From the NCBI GenBank assembly GCA_043813445.1, contig JBDRLD010000028.1, positions 1 through 39,667 on the forward strand: 39,667 bases of DNA, read 5' to 3'. Shown here in pieces: positions 1 through 8,088 of the stretch. The stretch comes from Candidatus Uhrbacteria bacterium (GTDB lineage: Bacteria > Patescibacteriota > Patescibacteriia > JACPHY01). Numbering within the stretch: position 1 is the stretch's first letter; each line of letters starts with the position of its first letter. The notes under the pieces are model-generated. The model was not told the origin of the DNA and ran no database searches. It saw only the letters and a list, made by a program, of their open reading frames with translations. The translations under genes were made by a program, and so were the position numbers.

Positions 1-1
1 G

Positions 2-622
2 GACGAAGAAGTGCTCGATGAAGATGAGGAAGTAGCCGATGAAGAGGTAACTGATGAGGAACAACCAATAGATGAGGATGTTACTAATGAGGAGCAACCG
101 GTTTCTGTGGAAGAGGAGGCAATTACCTGCACGCTTTCGAAGATTGAACGCGCGTGGCTCCAGCGATCGTTCCTCTACACGCAGAATCGACTGCCGTACA
201 ATGATCGAGATGAGCAGTACCTCTGCGCGATGACGGTCGATCCGAAAAAGCCATTTGATGTGTCTGATCGATTTAGTGAGTATCGGAATGAGATTGCCGA
301 GACGTTTGCAATACGCGACTTTGTGAACTTCTTTCGGCGTCCGCCGGGTAAGGATGCTTTGAATCGTGATCTTCCGTCGTCACAGGCGAATCGTGACTGG
401 CTCGTTGTCGAGTTCCTCGCGTACCGCCTCCGACTTGCCCCAACACTACGAAATGTTACGCATGAACGTGCGTGTCTCCGATTTTTCGGTTCGAGGCAAA
501 TCACGATGTACAAGGGTGGTGTGCAGATTGTGAAGCCAGCAGGTGTTGGTGCGAGGGATGATGAGGATTTCCGTTTCATCCGTGCATGTGAGTACGGCGA
601 GGCGTCATTCGCAGAAGGGTAG
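2..622 (+). CDS. Hypothetical protein, 5'-truncated by the window edge; acidic low-complexity repeats followed by a globular C-terminal domain
   Basis: The frame is open from base 2 to TAG 622. EEV(A/T)DEE and VT(D/N)EEQP repeats are present, and a terminator follows. Confidence 0.75.
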   Translation, partial: DEEVLDEDEEVADEEVTDEEQPIDEDVTNEEQPVSVEEEAITCTLSKIERAWLQRSFLYTQNRLPYNDRDEQYLCAMTVDPKKPFDVSDRFSEYRNEIAETFAIRDFVNFFRRPPGKDALNRDLPSSQANRDWLVVEFLAYRLRLAPTLRNVTHERACLRFFGSRQITMYKGGVQIVKPAGVGARDDEDFRFIRACEYGEASFAEG

Positions 623-647
623 ATGGTGGAATAGCAGCTCAGATTGA

Positions 648-686
648 AAAAGACTCGGTGTCCTTTCTTGTGACACCGAGTCTTTT
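648..686. terminator. Intrinsic terminator (possibly bidirectional)
   Basis: AAAAGACTCGGTGTC-loop-GACACCGAGTCTTTT perfect stem with A/T tracts. Confidence 0.8.
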
Positions 687-704
687 GTTGGACGGGATTA
701 GTTT

Positions 705-1047
705 CTCCCCCTCCATCTTGCTTCTGAGTCCGCCAGAGTGCGTGGAGGGGGAGGGGATGGCATGCGAAGCGCGTAGGCGTGGCAATCCCGCCCCCCGCCT
801 GTCATTGCGAGGCCGTCCGCGGCCGCCTGCCCGGCTTGCCCGGACTACGCCGGGGCTTCGCTGGGTGGCAATCCCATCCGCTCATGTACCGGATTGCCAT
901 GTCGCTCGATGACTCACTCCTCGCAATGACACGAAAGGTAGCAATCCCGCCCCCCCGCCTGTCATTGCGAGGCCGTCCGCGGCCGCGGCAATCCCGTTGC
1001 AAGTGTACCGGATTGCCACGCTCGGCTCCGCCTCGCTCGCAATGACA
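705..1047. repeat. Cluster of palindromic elements: two TGTCATTGCGAG...GCAATCC / GGATTGCC...CTCGCAATGACA units plus a CTCCCCCTCCA/TGGAGGGGGAG hairpin
   Basis: The same arms recur at 21134-21501, 23883, 28094, 29615, 30489 and 38110-38423. Confidence 0.85.
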
Positions 1048-1134
1048 TTACGTTTGGAGTTTTTCGGCACTCTTGGGTTTTGCCTTGACCACATGCGAGA
1101 AGTGTGGGAACATGACGCGATACAATAAGAATGT

Positions 1135-2166
1135 ATGGCGAAGCAACGAAAGCGAGTACGAGGGCATATGCGACTCCCGATTGATGCGGTGATCGCAGTG
1201 ACGTACATTTGCAATTCGCGATGTACGATGTGTGATTTCTGGAAAGAGACGCGTCAGCCAACCATGACGCTTAATGATTATCGTAAGCTTCCAAAGACAC
1301 TTCGGGATATCAACTTGAGTGGGGGAGAGCCGTTTTTGCATAAGGATATTGTAGAAATCGTCCGCGTGATTCGCGAGGCATGTCCGAAAGCGCAGATTAC
1401 CATTTCGACAAATGGGTTTCTCACCGATCAAATTGTGGAGCGAGTGCAAGCGATCCGTTGTTTCTATGCCGATATCGGCATCCGCATTTCAATCGATGGT
1501 GTCGGCGCGATGCATGAGCGAATCCGACGTATTCCAAATGCGTTCGACCGCTGTCGCACAACACTCCGCGCACTGAAGGAGACGGGAGTGAAGAATCTCG
1601 GTGTCGCGTATACTATGTCTTCGGAGAACATCGATCATGCGACACAGGTGTACGAATTCGCGCAAACCGAGGGCGTTCAATTCACCGATGCGGTCGTGCA
1701 TAATTCCGAAGCGTTTTTTGGTGGGAAGGAGAATCTCCGCATTGGCTCGAGCTCAGTAGTTGAGAGTGAGCTCGATATTATTTCCGATGCGGAGATCCGT
1801 AGTTGGCATCCGAAGCGATGGGCGCGTGCATATTTTACATGGGGCCTGAAGCGGTTTGCGGTCGATGGTGTGCAGGTGTGTCCATCGCGTGCCGGTGAGG
1901 ATTTCTTCTTCCTCGATCCATTCGGAAATGTAATGCCATCGGTTATGCACCCCAATAGCATGGGGAACCTCACAGAAGTGTCGAGCTTTGAGGAGCTCTG
2001 GCAGGGTGAACGTGCGCAACGTGCTCGTTTTGCGGCTGTCGCGTTTGCTAGGCCGTACTGGATGGTTTGTACTGCACGTACTGCCATGCGGCGCCATGCG
2101 CTACGGGTAATTGCCTGGATTCTTTCTCACAAGATAGCGACGCTTTTCACGAAGCGACGCCGATGA
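1135..2166 (+). CDS. Radical SAM protein with a degenerate SPASM-like C-terminal domain
   Basis: CxxxCxxC (CNSRCTMC), SGGEP, STNG and ISIDG motifs; SPASM-like AG..FFFLDPFGNV.P...MGNL. Alternative start at 1168. Confidence 0.9.
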   Translation: MAKQRKRVRGHMRLPIDAVIAVTYICNSRCTMCDFWKETRQPTMTLNDYRKLPKTLRDINLSGGEPFLHKDIVEIVRVIREACPKAQITISTNGFLTDQIVERVQAIRCFYADIGIRISIDGVGAMHERIRRIPNAFDRCRTTLRALKETGVKNLGVAYTMSSENIDHATQVYEFAQTEGVQFTDAVVHNSEAFFGGKENLRIGSSSVVESELDIISDAEIRSWHPKRWARAYFTWGLKRFAVDGVQVCPSRAGEDFFFLDPFGNVMPSVMHPNSMGNLTEVSSFEELWQGERAQRARFAAVAFARPYWMVCTARTAMRRHALRVIAWILSHKIATLFTKRRR

Positions 2167-3557
2167 CTATGCGACAGCTGACACCACAGAACCGCGAGCG
2201 ACTGATATTTGGACTACCTGCCGTCATTGCTGGCGTAGCGGCGCTTTTTATTGGTCGTCCATCCGTACTCGGTATTATTGCACTCCTTCTCGCAATTGGT
2301 TTCACCGCATGGAAGCCCATGATCGGCTGGGTACTTACCGTGCTCGCGTATCCCTTCATCTATTTGCAGCTTTTCGTAGGTGGGTCAGTGAATGTCCCAT
2401 ACGTCGATCTCTTCGCGATGATTACGGCAGTCGGCCTCGCGGCGCACCTCGCGTGGCAGTGGAAATATGGGAGGCCGAGTAGCCTTGCGAAGGGAAAGCT
2501 CAACCTCCCCGGAATACTTCCGTTTGTACTCTTTATTGCGGCCGCCGCGCTTTCACTTATTCATGTCGCGGATCTCGGGGGCGGAGTGAAGTTTCTGTTT
2601 CGTCCGCTCACGTTTTTCTACCTCATGTTCATTGCGTTGCCTGCATTCGTTATCGATCGTCCGAAGCGACTTTTTACGACGCTTCGAGTGATGTTCGTCG
2701 TTGGATGTATTGCCGCTGCGATGGGTGCCTGGTCGCTCGTCTTCCCGCTCGATCCGGGTGGTTTACGACGAGCCGTTCCGATAATTGTGTACGGAATGAC
2801 TCCGCTCGGGACGAACCACAATTTGATCGCTGAGGTGCTTGTGAGTATTATTCCGATTGGTATGGTACTCGCGCTATTTGCTAGCGGAGCGGTGCGGCGG
2901 TGGTATGTTGTGGGTACGGTGTTATTTGGAGTAGTGACGCTACTTACTTTTTCAAGGAACGGGTGGCTTACGCTCGCCGTGGAGGGGGTGGTACTCCTCA
3001 TCGCCATTGCAAAATTATATGGCTGGTCATGGAAGCGAATTGCACGGTACGCAGTTCCGGCTGTGGCGGTGGTACTGATTGCTATTGGAGCGTTCTCGAT
3101 GACGAGCGTCGCGCGCAGTTCGAATACGAATCGAATGCGTCTGACTGAGATTGCTCTCGAACAGTTCTTGGATCATCCGTTTATTGGTGGAGGGGTTGGC
3201 ACATTCCGCGAGGTCGTCGGCCGTGATCGTTGGTATGTCGCGGATTTTGGGGAACCGCAGGAGGCACACGGGTTGATTCAGAAGCTCCTAGCGGAAACCG
3301 GAATTCTGGGACTCACTGCCTTCCTCGCGCTCCTCGCGGCGATTGTACGCTACATTATTCGAGTGTATCGGAGTACGGCCAGTACTCCACAGTGGCGAGT
3401 TATTTTGTTGGCACTTCTTTGCTCGACATTCGGCAGCATCGTCTTCCAGCTTTTCAATACGTCATACTTCGTTTCGAAGCTCTGGCTTCCGCTCGGTATA
3501 GCGGTGGCTGCCGCGCGACTTGCAGAACGCGGCATCGCACTACGGGAGGCGCCCTGA
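2163..3557 (+). CDS. O-antigen ligase / Wzy_C-family polytopic membrane protein
   Basis: Many TM segments; TFSRNGW, HPFIGGGVGTF and AH...KLLAETGILG motifs. The ATG at 2163 overlaps the upstream TGA (ATGA). Confidence 0.88.
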   Translation: MTMRQLTPQNRERLIFGLPAVIAGVAALFIGRPSVLGIIALLLAIGFTAWKPMIGWVLTVLAYPFIYLQLFVGGSVNVPYVDLFAMITAVGLAAHLAWQWKYGRPSSLAKGKLNLPGILPFVLFIAAAALSLIHVADLGGGVKFLFRPLTFFYLMFIALPAFVIDRPKRLFTTLRVMFVVGCIAAAMGAWSLVFPLDPGGLRRAVPIIVYGMTPLGTNHNLIAEVLVSIIPIGMVLALFASGAVRRWYVVGTVLFGVVTLLTFSRNGWLTLAVEGVVLLIAIAKLYGWSWKRIARYAVPAVAVVLIAIGAFSMTSVARSSNTNRMRLTEIALEQFLDHPFIGGGVGTFREVVGRDRWYVADFGEPQEAHGLIQKLLAETGILGLTAFLALLAAIVRYIIRVYRSTASTPQWRVILLALLCSTFGSIVFQLFNTSYFVSKLWLPLGIAVAAARLAERGIALREAP

Positions 3558-3568
3558 GATAGCTGTTC

Positions 3569-3609
3569 AATCAAACTCCCTCGAGCATAATGCTCGAGGG
3601 AGTTTGATT
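3569..3609. terminator. Intrinsic terminator
   Basis: AATCAAACTCCCTCGAGCA-TAA-TGCTCGAGGGAGTTTGATT perfect hairpin just after the stop. Confidence 0.8.
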
Positions 3610-3746
3610 TTCGTTACGGGTCGATCCCCATCAGCTTACTGCGTCTGCTCCCGATTTGACGTAGGGGCCACCGCGTAGCGGGGCAGGCGGTGGCATCGCA
3701 ATGCCACGCTCTGCCACGTCGAATGACTGTGGTCGAATGACCGGGG

Positions 3747-3825
3747 TCCGGACGGGCGACCATGGAAGACCGCCCCAACGAAGTCAATTCCTGACGTAGG
3801 GGCGGGGTTCAATCCCCGCCCGTCT
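3747..3825. repeat. GTAG-family REP doublet (REPIN-like), copy 1
   Basis: CGGGCG(A/G)CCATGGAAG(A/G)CCGCCCC(T/A)ACG-AAGTCAATTCCT(G/C)A-CGTAGGGGCGGGGTTCAATCCCCGCCCGTCT, near-identical at 28511 and 30605. Confidence 0.85.
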
Positions 3826-3947
3826 CGCTTCGCGTTCGTCCTACACCACACGCGGGCGACCTACGCGGATCCTTCGCAGACTCCCTCCAGAGGCGTGCAG
3901 GCAGGACAGGCTCTGGGATCGCCCATACGCAGAGAGAATGCTTCGTC

Positions 3948-4508
3948 TTAGTTCAAAATTATTGAACTCGCTATGAGGAGGTAGATGAGCAAACTGAGAA
4001 AGTCTTGAATGATCGTGGTTATTGGTCCTGATCCGAGCGCTGGATCGCTGTGCATTCGGTAGAGCGCGGCAGTGACAATTGTTGCTATCATCGGTGCGAG
4101 TGCGACCGTACAAAACATGGATATTCCGATGGTGATACCGACACTCATTGAGCCCAGCCAGAAATATGCGAATATTCCGACAATAAATCCAAACAAGATT
4201 CCGAGGCTGATGCCGAGTCCAATTTCTTTTGTTATCGAACGGATGAATTGCGAACTTGCAGCATGACGGAGGTGACGAACGTAAATAGCCCCGGTCTGTG
4301 CACTGATTGCGCCACTCATGTAAACGATGATCGGAATGAAAAAAGCGATTCGGACATCTCCGGAGAGAATTGTTTCAAATCGGGATACTACAAGCGAGGT
4401 ACAGATTCCACCGAGAAGTCCGAGGAGGAGCCATGGGACTCGTTTGCGCACAAGGTGTCCAACGTGTTCTCGCGTCTCGTCGTCTATGTATTGTTGCGAT
4501 GTGGGCAT
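3948..4508 (-). CDS. mgtE: MgtE-family magnesium transporter, membrane domain only
   Basis: RVPWLLLGLLGG, FFIPIIVYMSG and DPALGSGPITTIIQD motifs; no cytosolic N or CBS domains. Confidence 0.85.
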   Translation of the reverse strand: MPTSQQYIDDETREHVGHLVRKRVPWLLLGLLGGICTSLVVSRFETILSGDVRIAFFIPIIVYMSGAISAQTGAIYVRHLRHAASSQFIRSITKEIGLGISLGILFGFIVGIFAYFWLGSMSVGITIGISMFCTVALAPMIATIVTAALYRMHSDPALGSGPITTIIQDFLSLLIYLLIASSIILN

Positions 4509-4719
4509 AGTTGCTGCGTACTAAGTCTGGTCGCTCAATTGGCACCATTGCAATCAGTATAACGCATCCGCAGACATCGAGATAACAACGATTTCATCAC
4601 AACGACATGAGGACCTACATGTCGTGCACCTGTAGGTTATTAGGCGTATTCCATGATATTATGGCGATAGGATCTCTTTGTTTTTTGAGATGATGGGGGT
4701 AGGATGCTTGGATAGCTAT

Positions 4720-5835
4720 ATGATCCGACTGACGCACATCATGACATCGTTCGATATCGGTGGAGCTGAACAGCTCGTGCTGGATATTTGTCGACGGTTG
4801 GATCGCAAGCGGTTTGAAGTGACGGTTGTTGCCGTGGTTCGCGGCGGTCCGATGCGTGCCGAATTCCATGATGCGGGAGTGCACACTGAAGTGATTGGAA
4901 AGAGGACGAAGCTCGGATTGGATACGATCCGTAAGCTGAGCGCGTTTCTACGATCTCCGAAATCTGACATTGTGCATACACATCTTTTTGGTGGGGATAC
5001 ATGGGGAAGGATTGCGGCGCGACGAGTTGGCGTACAGCACATTGTTTCGACCGAACACAATGTGAACCTCGATGAGGGGTTTGTGAAGCGGTTTGTGAAG
5101 CGTCGTCTTGCGCGTCGAACCGATCGAATTATTGCGGTGTCCGATGCGGTACGGAGTTATAGTATTCGCTACGACCGCGTTCCGCTTGGGAAGATGCTCG
5201 TCATCCCGAACGGAGTTGATGCATCATATTTTCAATCTTCGGCAGCATTGCCGCGCTATGGTGTCCGTCTCCTCACGGTTGGCCGGCTCGTTCATCAGAA
5301 GGGGCATGCGGTGCTTATTGACGCGCTGTCACTTCTGCGTGCGCGTTGCCCGCAGGTATCACTCGACATCGTCGGTGATGGACCGCTGCGTGCGTCGCTT
5401 GAGCAGCAGGTGCGTGCATACCACTTGTCAGACATCGTGCGATTTCATGGTTTTCGTCGCGACGTACGTGATTTTTATCAACGGGCTGATATTGTTGTGC
5501 TCCCTTCGAGGTGGGAGGGGTTCGGTATCGCAGCGATTGAGGCGTCAGCGTGCAGTGTTCCCGTTGTTGCTTCGGCGGTCGGCGGGCTTCTTGAGGCGAT
5601 TATCGATCAGGAAACCGGAATCCTTGTGCCGGTAGGCGACGCGAAGCTTCTCGCGGAGGCACTATCCGATCTCGTAGCGGATCGCACGCAGCGTGTGCTG
5701 ATGGGGCATGCGGGGAGGCGACACGTCATTCGTAATTTTGATATTGTCCGTGTGGTCGAGCGCTACGCTGCGCTCTATGAGGAGCTGATGTCCATTTCAC
5801 ATCGGCGTGGCGAGCATGCTGAGGCGGCTGGGTAA
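4720..5835 (+). CDS. Glycosyltransferase family 4
   Basis: GGAE, STEHN, IPNGVD, VGRLVHQKG, VGDGP and EGFGIAAIEA (Ex7E) motifs. Confidence 0.93.
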   Translation: MIRLTHIMTSFDIGGAEQLVLDICRRLDRKRFEVTVVAVVRGGPMRAEFHDAGVHTEVIGKRTKLGLDTIRKLSAFLRSPKSDIVHTHLFGGDTWGRIAARRVGVQHIVSTEHNVNLDEGFVKRFVKRRLARRTDRIIAVSDAVRSYSIRYDRVPLGKMLVIPNGVDASYFQSSAALPRYGVRLLTVGRLVHQKGHAVLIDALSLLRARCPQVSLDIVGDGPLRASLEQQVRAYHLSDIVRFHGFRRDVRDFYQRADIVVLPSRWEGFGIAAIEASACSVPVVASAVGGLLEAIIDQETGILVPVGDAKLLAEALSDLVADRTQRVLMGHAGRRHVIRNFDIVRVVERYAALYEELMSISHRRGEHAEAAG

Positions 5836-5866
5836 TTTTGAGATTATTGATTTTATACTGAAAATG

Positions 5867-5902
5867 AAACCTGATACCCAGGCGATGGGTATCAGGTTTT
5901 TT
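5867..5902. terminator. Bidirectional terminator between convergent genes
   Basis: AAACCTGATACCCA-loop-TGGGTATCAGGTTTTTT. Confidence 0.82.
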
Positions 5903-5937
5903 GTGGGATCGTGTTACGTTTTCGTCTGGCACCCGCT

Positions 5938-6705
5938 TCAATGACAAATGCTTGCAATCATGTATTCCGGGAAGTTGTATGGTTCGAGATCGGCACACTT
6001 CACGTCTCCGTTTCCATCAAACACCAGATGCCAGTCGCCATCAATTTCCTGGGCGGCGAGGAAGTTGCCGCCATTTCCCGGCCCTCCCGGTAGGAATTCG
6101 ACACTCCCACGTGCATGGTGCTCTGATTGTTGGCTAATAATGATGAGTATTTCATCTTTGCTCTTGTGGTACTTTGCGGCGAATTCGTCCAGGATGCCCT
6201 CTTCCGGTGTGACGTGCGTGATTTTTCCAATATCGGCAGATCGTTCCGGAGCGATGGTGAATATCTCACTGTATGTCAGGAATCCGGTATCTGTAAAGAG
6301 TTTTATTTTGTATTGCCCGGGCTGATAATCTCTCGCAAGAGATACCGTCCATGGAAAATGTTGTACTCCAGCAGACTCGACAGATCCGATGAGTTGTACA
6401 ACACGTTCGCGTTCATCGACGAGAGCAATACGCATCGGTTGAGACTTCAGTGTGTTTCGGTTGATTTTCCATGAAATGTTTACGTCGGTCCCAAGTGAGA
6501 GCGAATTGAAGTCCTGCGGCCATGTCACCTCGGCATCAGTCGACGACCACCCTGTCGACGCGTCATCTGTAATCGCGCCCTCATCCAATGCACCCTGCTC
6601 CTGGGCATTTGGCGATTTGGGCTCATTCATCCGGATTTCAATGCATCCAGGCCCAAGTAGAACAATAAATGCGAGTGAGAGGAGGACGTATGGAGTGCGT
6701 TGCAT
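5938..6705 (-). CDS. Putative lipoprotein / secreted protein (Ig-like middle domain, Cys-pair C-terminal domain)
   Basis: The signal ends in a lipobox-like LLGPGC; the C-terminus has W.LVFDGNG...C...FP...C. Confidence 0.8.
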   Translation of the reverse strand: MQRTPYVLLSLAFIVLLGPGCIEIRMNEPKSPNAQEQGALDEGAITDDASTGWSSTDAEVTWPQDFNSLSLGTDVNISWKINRNTLKSQPMRIALVDERERVVQLIGSVESAGVQHFPWTVSLARDYQPGQYKIKLFTDTGFLTYSEIFTIAPERSADIGKITHVTPEEGILDEFAAKYHKSKDEILIIISQQSEHHARGSVEFLPGGPGNGGNFLAAQEIDGDWHLVFDGNGDVKCADLEPYNFPEYMIASICH

Positions 6706-6797
6706 ATGGTTCGTTACTCAATGGAGCAGGTCCTCAAGCATACTAGAAAAACCGTACACCAACAACGGCAGTGGTTTGGGTCACGGGATGTAATCAG

Positions 6798-6806
6798 TGG
6801 TACAAT
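6798..6806 (+). promoter_or_regulatory. Putative extended -10 promoter
   Basis: TG-G-TACAAT ends 22 nt before the ATG at 6829. Confidence 0.5.
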
Positions 6807-6828
6807 ACAAGTAAGCGATACTCCAAAT

Positions 6829-8088
6829 ATGCGTGTTTTGCTTGCGAATAAATTTTGGTATCCAAAGGGAGGGAGCGAGCGGTATACGTTCCTCCTGAAG
6901 GACCTCCTCGAGGCGCATGGGCACGAGGTGGTTCCGTTTGCGATGGATGACGAGCGGAACGTTGCGAGCGAGTGGGCCGAGTATTTTGTTCCACACGTCG
7001 ATTTTTGGGATGCGGAGGACGCGGTTCCGAATCAGACTGCTCTTTTGAAAAAGCTCTCGCGTGTCGTTTGGAGTCTCGATGCGCAAGATCGCATGCGCAC
7101 GTTGCTCGATGCGGTAAAGCCGGACATCGTGCACCTGCAGAATTTCGCACATCAGATTTCACCATCCATCCTTCCAGTTATAGCCGAGCGAGGGATTCCC
7201 ATTGTCTGGACACTCCATGACTACAAGATCATGTGTCCAAACTATCGAATGTACTCGAAGGGGATGCCGTGCGAGCGGTGTAAGCGAAGGAAGTATTGGA
7301 ATGCGCCATTGCGGAATTGTATGGGCAGTGTTGGGGCGAGCGCAGCGGTTGCGTTTGAGATGTTCGTCCACCATGCGGTACTCAATGTGTATGGGAAGCA
7401 CCTCGGCGCGGTGGTTGCCCCGAGTCGGTTCCTTGCGACGAAGCTTGCTGATTGGGGTTGGAAGGGAAGGGTGGAGATGATTCCTAATTTTATTACGCGA
7501 GACGCTGGATGCGAGACGCTGGATGCTGTTTCACTGTCGAATACGAATCAGTCGACGTCTGGCGCGCCGGTTCTTTTCGTGGGACGGTTGGCGGAGGAGA
7601 AGGGGGTGGAGGAATTCCTCGCGGCTGCGCGGCGACTGCGTGAAATATCCTTTGAGCTGATCGGTGATGGTCCGCTGCTCGAACACTGCAAAGATCAAGA
7701 AGAGCGCTGTACGAATTTGCGATGTTGGGGACGCCTGTCATCGGAGGAAGTATTGGAGCGGCTGGCGGAGGCATCCATACTTGTTGTTCCGTCGCGTTGG
7801 TACGAAAACGCGCCATACGTTGTGCTCGAGGCCATGCAGCTCGGCATCCCAGTTATCGCATCCAACATTGGTGGCCTTCCTGAGTTAGTCCGCGATAACG
7901 TCACTGGACGCTTGGTTGCACCCGGGGACGCGCGCGTGCTCGAGGATACGATCGCACAGCTGTATGGCAATTCCATACAGCGCCGCACGTTCGGTGAGCG
8001 GGCACGCGCGATTGTCGAGTCAGAGTATGGGCCAATTACTCACATTGAGCGACTTTCTTCGCTCTATGCATCACTGCTCAGCAAATAA
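6829..8088 (+). CDS. Glycosyltransferase family 4 (with Cys-rich insert)
   Basis: MRVLLANKF..KGGSE, WTLHDYKIMCP..C..C, FVGRLAEEKG and ENAPYVVLEA motifs. Confidence 0.93.
   Translation: MRVLLANKFWYPKGGSERYTFLLKDLLEAHGHEVVPFAMDDERNVASEWAEYFVPHVDFWDAEDAVPNQTALLKKLSRVVWSLDAQDRMRTLLDAVKPDIVHLQNFAHQISPSILPVIAERGIPIVWTLHDYKIMCPNYRMYSKGMPCERCKRRKYWNAPLRNCMGSVGASAAVAFEMFVHHAVLNVYGKHLGAVVAPSRFLATKLADWGWKGRVEMIPNFITRDAGCETLDAVSLSNTNQSTSGAPVLFVGRLAEEKGVEEFLAAARRLREISFELIGDGPLLEHCKDQEERCTNLRCWGRLSSEEVLERLAEASILVVPSRWYENAPYVVLEAMQLGIPVIASNIGGLPELVRDNVTGRLVAPGDARVLEDTIAQLYGNSIQRRTFGERARAIVESEYGPITHIERLSSLYASLLSK

Noticed and set aside
658-1261. Short ORFs over repeat clusters (also 21098-21740, 23545-24165, 30462-30808, 38184-38393)
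   Set aside because: They are translations of palindromic repeats; the same peptides (CHCE..., GLPR...SQ) recur wherever the repeat occurs.
3948-4508. MgtE as a truncated pseudogene
   Set aside because: The membrane domain is complete, with the conserved Asp and a clean start and stop; membrane-only MgtE-like proteins are known.
6700-6828. N-terminal extensions in the ORF track (also 2067, 4678, 7916, 24311, 30832, 32897, 33425, 35284)
   Set aside because: They overlap neighbouring genes, promoters or repeats; the family motifs begin at the downstream ATGs used above.
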